Origin: Candidatus Woesebacteria bacterium
GTDB lineage: Bacteria; Patescibacteriota; Microgenomatia; UBA8517
Assembly (NCBI GenBank): GCA_963716475.1
Contig: OY970314.1
Coordinates: 436,790-500,789, forward strand
Reading direction: 5' to 3'
DNA: 64,000 nt
Shown here: piece by piece, positions 30,182 to 39,779 of the stretch
How the letters are laid out: each line of letters begins with the position of its first letter
How positions within the stretch are numbered: the stretch's first letter is position 1
Made by a program: the position numbers and the translations under genes
Notes under the pieces: generated by a model
The model's input: the letters and a program-made list of their open reading frames with translations, nothing else
Databases searched by the model: none
Told to the model about the DNA's origin: nothing

Positions 30182-31231
30182 TTAAATTGTCGCCAACCAA
30201 AGACCAAAAATCGCCAGAAGAAGACCAAACATCCAAGCCCTCATTACAATCTTGGGCTCCTGCCATCCCTTTGCCAATAGCGTGTGGTGAATCGGTGCTA
30301 ATGGAAAAATTGGCCTTTTAAGATATTTCCAGCCAAACATTTGAATGGCCGATGTCGCTACCTCTATTACAAAAACCCCACCGATAACAACAAGGGCAAT
30401 AATTTTTCCGGTAACAAGTCCGATTACTCCGAGCATGGCTCCGAAGGATAACGCCCCGGCATCTCCCAGGAAAATTCTGGCCGGCCAAACATTAAAATAC
30501 AAGAATGCGATTAGTCCCCCAACCCATAAAGACATAAAAAGTGAAAGAGGAGTGTCAAGATTCCCGGTAGCAATTATTTCAAAGGCAATTAAACAAATTA
30601 TCAATAGTCCCGCAGCAAGACCATCCAATCCGTCCGTGATATTAAAAGCATTCGTAAAGGCAACTATGACAAAAGCAGCAAAAGGTACATACCAAATCCC
30701 CAAATTAAAAACAATATTGAAAATGGGGATATTTATTATTTGAATTCCCAAGTATCTGTAAATAAAAAAACCAATAAAAAGAGCAAGAATGCATTGCAAG
30801 GCGAATTTATGCTTACGACGAAGGCCAAACCATAAGCCAAGTACGCCTTTTGTCGGTTTACTGAAAATCTTTAGAAGGTCATCTGAAAGACCCAAAAGGC
30901 CAAAAGAAATGAATGTAAAAAATATAATAAATAATTCTGCCCTTAGGGAAAAGGAACTCGTAATGTACATACCGAGGTACTCTGAAAGTGGAAATATTAT
31001 GGCAAACAAAATAGAAATCAAGGTTATAAGCAAAACCCCGCCCCCTACCGGCGTACCGGTCTTAATGTCATGCAGTCTGTCAAAAAGAGGAATTTTTCCG
31101 GTTTTAGGAGCCTCGCGTTTCCTGATTAATTTTAGTTTGTATAGAAGATCGATAAAAGGAACTATTAAAACAAAGCACATCAAAAATGAAAAAATAATAA
31201 GTCCCAGAGCCAGAGGTAAAAAATTGGCCAT
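30182..31231 (-). CDS. mraY: Phospho-N-acetylmuramoyl-pentapeptide transferase
   Basis: GTPVGGG, DD, NITDGLDGL, FLGDAG, APIHH. Confidence 0.96.
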   Translation of the reverse strand: MANFLPLALGLIIFSFLMCFVLIVPFIDLLYKLKLIRKREAPKTGKIPLFDRLHDIKTGTPVGGGVLLITLISILFAIIFPLSEYLGMYITSSFSLRAELFIIFFTFISFGLLGLSDDLLKIFSKPTKGVLGLWFGLRRKHKFALQCILALFIGFFIYRYLGIQIINIPIFNIVFNLGIWYVPFAAFVIVAFTNAFNITDGLDGLAAGLLIICLIAFEIIATGNLDTPLSLFMSLWVGGLIAFLYFNVWPARIFLGDAGALSFGAMLGVIGLVTGKIIALVVIGGVFVIEVATSAIQMFGWKYLKRPIFPLAPIHHTLLAKGWQEPKIVMRAWMFGLLLAIFGLWLATI

Positions 31232-31303
31232 ATATACTACCTTTCAGATTATAACAGCATTCATTATGCCTCACAATTAAATTTCGAGGCCGGAAAGCGA
31301 CAA

Positions 31304-32518
31304 TCAGATAAGCGAGTCCACCAGTTTGTCAAGATGGATTGAGCGTGAGCCTTTAACAAACAGGGCTGAGTCCTTATTTAAAAGCGGCTCGAGTATCGGG
31401 AGTACTTCAGATTCGTTTGTCGTTAAAAAACACTTATTCTGACCCATAAGTTTTCCGGCTTCTTCAGCTACAAACCTCGAGGCACTGCCTACGCCAATAA
31501 GATAATCAAAGTTCATCTTCCCGATCTTTTTACCAAGTTCTTTATGAGAAGATTCTTCAAATTGCCCAAGTTCCAGCATATCGCCGATTACCGCGATCTT
31601 TTTTCTCGAATGTGCAAGTTTATTAAAAGTATCAAGCGATTCGCTCGCTGCTTTGGGGTTACTGTTATATGAATCGTCAAAGATTATCCCATGATTTTTA
31701 CTTCTAATAATGTTAAGTCTGTGTTTTAAATGTTTAAATTTTTCAATGCCGGCTGAAATACTCTCCAGCCCCAAACCTAGAGAGGACGCTGCGGCAGCAG
31801 CAGCAAGAGCGTTAGTTACAAATTGCACACCAAACGCCTTCATATGCACATTACGATTAATCTTTCCGGTAACCAGAGTGAACGATGTGCTTAAATCCTT
31901 ATTCAGACTGATATCTTTCGCATAAATATCACTACCCCTGCCGTACCAGCACACCTTGGCTTTTGTCGACTTGGCAAAAGTTTTAACCACGGGGTCCTCA
32001 AAATTTAAAACGGCTATTCCGTTTTCTGATAATGATTTTGTAAGCTTGCTTTTCTCAGAAGATACCCCTCCAACGTTTTTTAAAAATTGAGTATGTGTAG
32101 TTGCAATATTTGTTACAATGGCGATATCGGGTTTTACCAGCCACAAATAGTAACCCATTTCATTCACAAATTCGACTGACATCTCGAGGATCAAATATTT
32201 TGTACCCCAGGAGGTCTTCAGTATGGTATTGGGAATGTTATACACCGGGTCGATATTTTCTTCAGACCAACAGGTTTTGGCTTGTGTGCTTAGAATTGAT
32301 CCCAAAATTTCTGTGGTAGTTGTTTTGCCTGTGCTACCGGTTATTCCGATAACTTTAATCTTTGTGTACTTTTGAAGAAGTTTTAGATAGCGTCGCGCCA
32401 GTCGCCTCTTGACAGGGTGAATTATCCACTGAGATATCAAATTATGTGAAGCAAAAATATCTTCCGGCGGAAGCTCAGGCGTTACCCACCAACGGATTAT
32501 CGGATTAATTTTCCTCAT
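31304..32518 (-). CDS. murF: MurF ligase
   Basis: GITGSTGKTTT, DDSYNSNP, GDMLELG, KGSR. Confidence 0.93.
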   Translation of the reverse strand: MRKINPIIRWWVTPELPPEDIFASHNLISQWIIHPVKRRLARRYLKLLQKYTKIKVIGITGSTGKTTTTEILGSILSTQAKTCWSEENIDPVYNIPNTILKTSWGTKYLILEMSVEFVNEMGYYLWLVKPDIAIVTNIATTHTQFLKNVGGVSSEKSKLTKSLSENGIAVLNFEDPVVKTFAKSTKAKVCWYGRGSDIYAKDISLNKDLSTSFTLVTGKINRNVHMKAFGVQFVTNALAAAAAASSLGLGLESISAGIEKFKHLKHRLNIIRSKNHGIIFDDSYNSNPKAASESLDTFNKLAHSRKKIAVIGDMLELGQFEESSHKELGKKIGKMNFDYLIGVGSASRFVAEEAGKLMGQNKCFLTTNESEVLPILEPLLNKDSALFVKGSRSIHLDKLVDSLI

Positions 32519-33660
32519 TTAATAATTCTGGGTAAAAGTGGGTTTATCCTCGAAACCACTTCATAGTTTATTGTACCAATTTTCTTAGCCCATTCATCAG
32601 CAGAAACCTTTAAACCGTCTTTATTCCCCAATAAGGCAACTTCATCTTCCAGTTTAACTTTTTTAATATCAGTGACATCAATCATAATCATGTTCATTGC
32701 CACCCTGCCGACTACATTTGCATAATGACCGTTAATTATCACCCTGCCGATATTTGAAAGCCTCCTGTCGTATCCGTCTGAGTAGCCAACGGGTATAACT
32801 GCAATCTTTGTTTTTCTTGATGCGAACCATGTCTGGCCGTAACTGACCGACTCACCTACATCAATATACTTAATTTGGGCAACTATACTTTTCCAGGTCA
32901 GAACAGGTTTTAGTACCAAATTTCTTTTAAGAGCCAGAAGGGATACTCTCGTTTCAAGAGACATCCACCATCCGTATATACCAAATCCCACTCTTACCAT
33001 CGAAAAATGTGTTTCCGGATAAAGCAGAGTTCCTGCTGAGGCTGCAGTATGGATCAGGGGTGGGTGGAAACCCGCCTTTTTAACTGCTTTTAATGCCTTC
33101 GTAAATTCTGCAAGTTGCTTTCTGGCGAATGACGGATCCAGCGTATCTTCGATGTTTGCGTAGTGGGTATAAACGCCTTCCAGATAAAAAGCTTTCGGGT
33201 GGGCTTTAATAAATTTAAGAAAAACGGACAAGTCTTTTTCTTGAATACCCTGCCTGTTTAATCCTGTTTCAATCTTCAGATGAATTTTTGCTGGTTTATT
33301 CTGTTTTAGCGAGACAATTTTTCTCAATGTTTCAATGTTATAGACAACAAATGAAATGTTATTCTCAATAGTGGTTAAGACATTTGCCAGTGTCGTATAT
33401 CCGAGAATTAACACAGGCGTGGCGCCGTCAATTTCACGAATAATTAAGGCTTCATCAATATTATCAACGGCAAACACATCAACTCCATTCTTTAGGATAG
33501 GAATAATTTTCCTAAGGTCGTGTCCGTAAGCGTTAGCTTTTACGACAGCGGCTAACTTTACATTCTTGCCGATTCTTTTTCGGAAAACGGCTACATTATG
33601 AAGCAATGCGCCTTTCGAGACTTCAACCCAGCTCTTGTAAATATTGTTATTTAATTGCAT
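32515..33660 (-). CDS. alr: Alanine racemase
   Basis: AVVKANAYGH, ETGLNRQG, SYG, GYSDG, GRVAMN. Confidence 0.97.
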   Translation of the reverse strand: MQLNNNIYKSWVEVSKGALLHNVAVFRKRIGKNVKLAAVVKANAYGHDLRKIIPILKNGVDVFAVDNIDEALIIREIDGATPVLILGYTTLANVLTTIENNISFVVYNIETLRKIVSLKQNKPAKIHLKIETGLNRQGIQEKDLSVFLKFIKAHPKAFYLEGVYTHYANIEDTLDPSFARKQLAEFTKALKAVKKAGFHPPLIHTAASAGTLLYPETHFSMVRVGFGIYGWWMSLETRVSLLALKRNLVLKPVLTWKSIVAQIKYIDVGESVSYGQTWFASRKTKIAVIPVGYSDGYDRRLSNIGRVIINGHYANVVGRVAMNMIMIDVTDIKKVKLEDEVALLGNKDGLKVSADEWAKKIGTINYEVVSRINPLLPRIIK

Positions 33661-34675
33661 ATCCGATAATTAGGTCTATTAGTTTTGGATAGGAAATTCC
33701 GGCGGCTTTTGCTTCCTTCGGCAATAACGATAGCTTTGTGAGTCCGGGTATTGTGTTAATTTCCAGAATGTACAATTTATTCTTTTTCAAAATAAAGTCA
33801 ACTCTGGCAAAACCCTTCGCACCTATAGCTCTAAATACTTCGATCGACAGTTTTTTTATCGCGTTCTCGTTCTTCTTAGAAATTCTCGCAGGAATAATCT
33901 CTTCGGACCCGCTTTCGCTATATTTGGATTCATAATCAAAAAACTCTCCTTTTGGAACAATTTCGATAGGGGGCAGAGCAATTAATTTGTCATTTCCCAG
34001 TACTCCGCACGTCAACTCAGTTCCTTCAATATACTCATCTATCAATACTTTATCCGAATATTTAAAAGCCTCTTTAACTGCACTCAAAAGTTGGATCTTA
34101 TTTCCGGCAATAGCGGCACCGACGGAAGATCCCTGATCATTTGGTTTAACAAAATAGGGAAAATTCCCGATCCTGCTCACAAGTTTTAAAATGTTTCTGT
34201 CCCTCCTGGTTACCACAATATATTTAGGAATGGCTAGATCGGCTTCTTTCATTAACTTTCGAAAAGTCTCTTTATCCATTCCGATAGCAGAAGCTAAAAC
34301 TCCGGAACCCGTATAGGGAATCCCCGTCAGTTCCAGCATCCCCTGAATTGTCCCGTCCTCGCCAAACGGCCCGTGCATGGCAATAAAAATAACGCTTGGC
34401 CCAATCCCCGATAGAGTTCCGACCCCTGGGATTAATTTTTCTTCGGAAAGAATAATCTCACGATTTGTCCCTTTCAATTTCAGAGGATTGACTAATTTTA
34501 GGAGTGAGTCCTTTGTGGTAAGTTTCCACTTCACTCCTGTTTTGGAAACAACGACAGGAAGTACTTTATATTTTCTGGAGTCCAAACTTGCAACTACATT
34601 TGTCCCGGAAAGAATCGAAACCTCATGCTCGGGTGACCTGCCACCCATCAAAACTATTACATTGGTTTTATTCAT
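33647..34675 (-). CDS. ddl: D-alanine--D-alanine ligase
   Basis: GGRSPEHEVS, HGPFGEDG, GSSVG, YESKY, EINTIPG. Confidence 0.97.
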   Translation of the reverse strand: MNKTNVIVLMGGRSPEHEVSILSGTNVVASLDSRKYKVLPVVVSKTGVKWKLTTKDSLLKLVNPLKLKGTNREIILSEEKLIPGVGTLSGIGPSVIFIAMHGPFGEDGTIQGMLELTGIPYTGSGVLASAIGMDKETFRKLMKEADLAIPKYIVVTRRDRNILKLVSRIGNFPYFVKPNDQGSSVGAAIAGNKIQLLSAVKEAFKYSDKVLIDEYIEGTELTCGVLGNDKLIALPPIEIVPKGEFFDYESKYSESGSEEIIPARISKKNENAIKKLSIEVFRAIGAKGFARVDFILKKNKLYILEINTIPGLTKLSLLPKEAKAAGISYPKLIDLIIGYAIK

Positions 34676-35700
34676 TCCAACTTTAGGACAGCTTCTTTAA
34701 ATTGCGCCCCTCTATCTTTATAATTTTTAAACATGTCAAAACTGGCCGATGCGGGAGAGAGAATTACCACTCCCCCTTTCGGACAAACTCTGTATGCCTC
34801 TTCGACTATCCGGTCCATGGAGGTCTTTCCGAGGTTGACAATGTTCTTGCCTTTAATACCGGATCCGATTTTCTCTCCGGTATTCCCTATCAACAGCAAA
34901 TTCTTAACATTATCCCTTTCCTCCAATTCATCCCTCAACTGCCCATAATCTAGCCCTTTGTCACTTCCCCCAAGAATCACGGTCTCCGGTTCGGTAAAGG
35001 ATTTAATTGCAGCAATAGTCGGCTGTGGCCCGGTGGCAAAGGAGTCATTATAAAAAGTAACGCCGTTAACCGTTCCTACCAGTTCGAGCCTGTGTTCAAG
35101 ACCCTTGAAAGATCTAACCGTTTTCAAAACAATGTCCTCTTTCACTCCGACAATTTTGGCAACGGCTACCGCAGCCGCAATATTCTCAAGATTATGTTCT
35201 CCGCGAAGTAATAAATTTTGCTTATATTTTCCCTCCAGACAGGCTTTTGAGAAATAGATGATCTTGCCTTTTGTAATCTTCGCAAAATTTTTAGGTGTTT
35301 CATATTCTTCATTTAATATCGCAAAATCGTCGGGGTTCTGGTGACTCACGATATTCTTCTTGGACTCGACATACTCCTCTTTATTTTTGTGCCAATCCAT
35401 ATGATCAAGGGTAATATTTAAAACTACCGCGATACTGGGGCTTTTAGTCATATCAATTAGTTGGAAAGAAGATAACTCCATGACGACCAGGCTATCTTTT
35501 TTCAGTTTCGGCAGAAGTTCTAAATAAGGCTTACCGATATTGCCCACTAAATAAACATCCTTCCCCGCATTTTTGAGAATTTCATAAACCAGTGTAGAGG
35601 CGGTTCCTTTGCCCTTTGTTCCGGTTATGCCTATTATTTTTCCCGGACACTTATCAAAAAATATTTTTAAGGAGGATGTTATCTCAACTCCTGCTTTTTC
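34672..35700 (-). CDS. murD: MurD central and C-terminal part, continuing the upstream fusion after a +1 frameshift
   Basis: Open frame AGVEITSSLKIFFDKCPGKIIGITGTKGKGT..GNIG, ELSSFQL, DHMD, HRLE, NDSFAT, SPASASFD; lacks the MurD N-domain. Confidence 0.9.
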   Translation of the reverse strand, partial: EKAGVEITSSLKIFFDKCPGKIIGITGTKGKGTASTLVYEILKNAGKDVYLVGNIGKPYLELLPKLKKDSLVVMELSSFQLIDMTKSPSIAVVLNITLDHMDWHKNKEEYVESKKNIVSHQNPDDFAILNEEYETPKNFAKITKGKIIYFSKACLEGKYKQNLLLRGEHNLENIAAAVAVAKIVGVKEDIVLKTVRSFKGLEHRLELVGTVNGVTFYNDSFATGPQPTIAAIKSFTEPETVILGGSDKGLDYGQLRDELEERDNVKNLLLIGNTGEKIGSGIKGKNIVNLGKTSMDRIVEEAYRVCPKGGVVILSPASASFDMFKNYKDRGAQFKEAVLKLE

Positions 35701-38155
35701 CGGCTTTTACAATTTCCGAAAGGTATCTGTAAACTCCGGGGGAACGGACAATGATATCGTAGTCGTTTAAATTTTTGAGATAGCTTTTGTCATACTTTCT
35801 ATCGAGAATAGTAACTTCGTCCCCAAGATCCTTGAAATACTTCTCGGCATCCTGCCCCTCAAGACCGTAGCCAAGAATAGCTATCTTTTTCCCGGATCCG
35901 ATAAATTGGACTTCCGGTTCTAATTTAACTCCAAATTTCTTTTCTACGTCCTGAATTATCATTCTTGAGAGTCCGGCGATATCGGAATAACCGGCCTTAC
36001 CGGATTTGTTTATTAAAATAAGTGAATTTTTGGAAGACACGGCCGCACCCTTATATGTCTTACCTTTCCATCCCGCTTTTTCTATTAACCAACCTGCATA
36101 TAATTTGAATTTATTTCCAAAAGGAAAACTCGGTATCCCGGGAATTTCGGCTTCTACGATAGGATTTTTAAAGAAAGATCCTGCATTGCCGACTTCATTT
36201 GGGTCCTCCAATTTTTCCTGCCTTAAAGTCAGAACCGCATTTCTTATTTGTTCCAGGGAAGGTTTTTTTATATTTTGTTTATTAAGAATGTTTAAGAGAG
36301 ATTCATACTTAACTACCGGGTGTTTATTCCTATTCAATTTAAAAGTTACTGATGTAATCAGATATTTCTGCCAATTTTCCGGCTTTCTGAAAAAACTTTC
36401 TCTATATCCGAATTTACAATCGGCATTTGAAAAGTCTTTAAATTTCCCGGTTTCAAACTCGTAAGCCCTTACATTAAACAATGTGTCTTTGACTTCCTGT
36501 CCGTATGCACCGATGTTTTGAACAGGAGAAGCTCCGACTGTACCCGGAATACCGGACATGCATTCGATACCTTGATATTCATATTTAGCTGCATACTCGA
36601 CCAAATCGTCCCATTTCATTCCTGCTTGAGCTGTTATTTTGACATCTTTTACCTCATTAAGGGCCTCTTCCAGAGTACGGCCGCTGCCTGTAAATTTAAT
36701 CACAACACCGTTAAATTCCTTATCCGAAACTAAAATATCTGTCCCATCCCCTAATACGAAAATCGGTAAATTATTATCCTTTGCGTATTTAGTAGCCATA
36801 TCTATTTCTTTCCTGGTTTTAACTTCAAAATATTTTTTAATTTTTCCGCCGATTCTGAAAGAAGTCATCTCCGAAAACTTCGGTTCAATAATTTTTGCAA
36901 TTTTCCTGGCCCACAAGTAGCTTTTTCCTGCACCCATCACCAAAACTACATCGCCGGGTTTTAAATATTCATTTAAATATAAAAACATTTTACCGGCATC
37001 ACCGAAACAAATTGTGTCTTTATGATTGGATGCTTTAGCTATTGAATTCTCACTGATACCAAAATGCTCGGTATCCCTGGCTTCGAATATCGGGCCGATT
37101 ATAACTTTATCTGCCGAATCAAAAACCCCATTATAATTTGGAAGGAGTGCTTTGGTTCTGGAATATGAATGGGCTTCGTAGATTGCCCAAATTCTTTTAT
37201 CTTTATAGTTCTCTCTTAATGAATCGACTGTCGCTTTAATTGCCGTAGGATGATGGGCATAATCATCGTAAACTCCAATTCCGTTTCTTTCCGAAATTAA
37301 TTCCATTCGTCTGCCTACGCCGGGAAACTCCTCAAGCGATTTGGTAATTACACCTTCATTGATTTTTAAATACCTGCCTAATGCAATCACCCCTAGGGCG
37401 TTTGCAAGATTATGTTTTCCCATAATCTTAAGGTGCAGGTCCAAATTTTTATCTTTTAGTGAATATTTGATTATTTTTAAACCTGAAGTATCAATTTCCC
37501 CCAGCAATTTTTGCACACCGGGAGAGTCGGCGTTTACAATCAACACTTTTTCCCCCACCAAATTCCCGATAAACTTTTTGTAGCTATCAAAGATTTGTTT
37601 TTCCGATTTAAAATAATCCGGATGATCAAACTCTACATTATTCAAAATAATTATCTCCGGATGATAATTTAAAAAATTATCGTAAAACTCATCCGCTTCG
37701 GTTACAAAATATTTTCCTCTCCCAAACCTAGCTCCGCCCTGCCACTCCTTATAATTTGCACCTAGGTTAACCAGAGGGTCCAGTCCCGCGTCGGTTAGAA
37801 GTTTCCCGGCCATTGCTGTGGTGGTTGACTTACCATGAGTCCCTACAACACAAATTACTTTCTTTCCATTATGTAAATACTTACCCAAAAACTCCTGCCA
37901 GGTAATTGATATTCTCCTTTTTTCTCCCACGACCAGCTCGGGATCTTTGAATTTTTGAAAATAAACGGCCGGAGTTACCACCAGCAAATCAATATTTTTG
38001 AGGTGATCCGGTGAATGGCCATGAAAGAATTTATCTGAATACGCAGTACTTTCTTCAAGATCACATCCTGTTACGTTATACCCCATCTTTGAAGAAAGAA
38101 ATGCAATACCGGACATTCCGCTTCCCCCAATTCCCATCAGGTGAATATTTTTCAT
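35684..38155 (-). CDS. murC: MurC-MurB fusion continuing into the MurD N-terminal domain
   Basis: MurC: GIGGSGMS, GTHGKSTT, EADE, DDYAHHP. MurB: FRIGG, IPGTVG, QNIGAYG, GSFFKNP, LEPEV. Then KKIAILGYGLEG..SPGV (MurD). Confidence 0.93.
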   Translation of the reverse strand: MKNIHLMGIGGSGMSGIAFLSSKMGYNVTGCDLEESTAYSDKFFHGHSPDHLKNIDLLVVTPAVYFQKFKDPELVVGEKRRISITWQEFLGKYLHNGKKVICVVGTHGKSTTTAMAGKLLTDAGLDPLVNLGANYKEWQGGARFGRGKYFVTEADEFYDNFLNYHPEIIILNNVEFDHPDYFKSEKQIFDSYKKFIGNLVGEKVLIVNADSPGVQKLLGEIDTSGLKIIKYSLKDKNLDLHLKIMGKHNLANALGVIALGRYLKINEGVITKSLEEFPGVGRRMELISERNGIGVYDDYAHHPTAIKATVDSLRENYKDKRIWAIYEAHSYSRTKALLPNYNGVFDSADKVIIGPIFEARDTEHFGISENSIAKASNHKDTICFGDAGKMFLYLNEYLKPGDVVLVMGAGKSYLWARKIAKIIEPKFSEMTSFRIGGKIKKYFEVKTRKEIDMATKYAKDNNLPIFVLGDGTDILVSDKEFNGVVIKFTGSGRTLEEALNEVKDVKITAQAGMKWDDLVEYAAKYEYQGIECMSGIPGTVGASPVQNIGAYGQEVKDTLFNVRAYEFETGKFKDFSNADCKFGYRESFFRKPENWQKYLITSVTFKLNRNKHPVVKYESLLNILNKQNIKKPSLEQIRNAVLTLRQEKLEDPNEVGNAGSFFKNPIVEAEIPGIPSFPFGNKFKLYAGWLIEKAGWKGKTYKGAAVSSKNSLILINKSGKAGYSDIAGLSRMIIQDVEKKFGVKLEPEVQFIGSGKKIAILGYGLEGQDAEKYFKDLGDEVTILDRKYDKSYLKNLNDYDIIVRSPGVYRYLSEIVKAGKSRS

Positions 38156-39684
38156 CGCTCAATTCTTAGAACTCTTCCCTTAAAGGCTTCTCTGGCAGCT
38201 TCTTCATCGGACCAAGGATATTCCTTTAGGCCATAGGCCATACTTCTTTCGTGACCTTTACCGCAAATCACGACAGTATCTCCCGGCTTTGCCAGTTTCC
38301 TGATTGCATAATAAACAGCCTCCCCGCGCTCGGGAATCTTCAGAAAATACTTAGACTTTTCATTATCAATTTTTAAATTCTTGGAAATTTCAACCGCTCC
38401 CTGGGACCTGGCACCTGATGCGATTCTATTAATGATTGCGGTGACTTTTTCACTCCTCGGATCCTCTGCAGTAATAACGGATATATCGGAAATTTTTCCT
38501 GAAATTTTTCCCATTTCCCTCCTCTTACTTTTGTCTCTTTCCCCGGCACAACCAAAAACCGAAATAAGCCTGCCCTGAGTAACTTTCCTGAGATAAGTCA
38601 AAACATTTAAAAGAGCGTTTGGCGTATGCGCAAAGTCGATAAAGACCTTAAAACTCTGACCTAAACTCACTTCCTGCAATCTCCCTGCCGGGGAATCAAA
38701 TGACCGGATTGCTTTAACTACCCGTTGAACCGGAATATCGTATATTTCAGCCACACTTATGGCCGCCATCATATTTGAAACGTTGTATTTGCCGTGAAGG
38801 TTACTGACAATTTTTGCGGGGTGTCCTTCATAATAGATATTAAATTCAAGTCCTTTTTGTGTATCTTCAATTTCCCTTGCCCTGGCGTCTACGTTACCTT
38901 TCAAACTATAAAAAAATACTTTCGTTTTTCGCGGTAACAACTTTTGTATCACTTTCCACGATTTATCATCTTTATTCAGCACTACCGTATTTTTGGCTAA
39001 CTTCAAAAAAGAAATTTTTACTTTTCTATAATTATCAAAATTCTTATGATAATCGAGGTGGTCGTGCGTAATATTGGTCAGGGCTGCCGTATCAAAATCT
39101 ACCCCGGCTATCCTTTGCTGATCAATACCGTGTGAGGTTACTTCAATAACTGCGTATTCGCAACCGGACTCAACCATTTTAGCCAAAAACGCCTGAAGTG
39201 AAACCGGGTCGGGATTTGTAACATGTAAACCTGTATCGAATTCCTTTTTCCCTACTTTGGCAAGAATTGTAGAAACTAAACCGACTTTCATACCGGCTGT
39301 AGCCAAAATGTGATAGATAAGATGACATGTTGTTGTCTTTCCGTCGGTTCCCGTTACTCCTATTATCTTTAGCTTCCTTGAGGGATACCCAAACCATGCA
39401 GCGGCCAGAACTCCCAAAACCTTCCTTGTATCGGCAACAACAATATATGTGGCATCGTTTGTATTTTCCGGTACTTTCTCACAGACAACCACGCTTGCGC
39501 CACTTTTTACCGCCTGCTTAATAAAATTATGACCGTCAAAATTTATACCCCTTACGGCAACGAAAATATAATCCTTTCCTACCTGCCTCGAGTCAGCGGT
39601 AATACCACGGGTAGAAGTATCGGAGCTTCCAAATAACTCAAATTTACCTATGTCTTTCAGTAAACTCCCGATCTTTTTCTTCAT
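38152..39684 (-). CDS. murE: MurE ligase
   Basis: DSRQV, DGH, GVTGTDGKTTT, DHLDYH, DFAHTP, EDPR, GKGHE. Confidence 0.95.
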   Translation of the reverse strand: MKKKIGSLLKDIGKFELFGSSDTSTRGITADSRQVGKDYIFVAVRGINFDGHNFIKQAVKSGASVVVCEKVPENTNDATYIVVADTRKVLGVLAAAWFGYPSRKLKIIGVTGTDGKTTTCHLIYHILATAGMKVGLVSTILAKVGKKEFDTGLHVTNPDPVSLQAFLAKMVESGCEYAVIEVTSHGIDQQRIAGVDFDTAALTNITHDHLDYHKNFDNYRKVKISFLKLAKNTVVLNKDDKSWKVIQKLLPRKTKVFFYSLKGNVDARAREIEDTQKGLEFNIYYEGHPAKIVSNLHGKYNVSNMMAAISVAEIYDIPVQRVVKAIRSFDSPAGRLQEVSLGQSFKVFIDFAHTPNALLNVLTYLRKVTQGRLISVFGCAGERDKSKRREMGKISGKISDISVITAEDPRSEKVTAIINRIASGARSQGAVEISKNLKIDNEKSKYFLKIPERGEAVYYAIRKLAKPGDTVVICGKGHERSMAYGLKEYPWSDEEAAREAFKGRVLRIER

Positions 39685-39779
39685 AGCCTCCACGCACGCC
39701 CCCTATTATACTAAATTCCCCGAACAAAGGCTTTCCCACAGGGTGAATTAGCACCTCCGTTAAGATATAATACGCCTGT

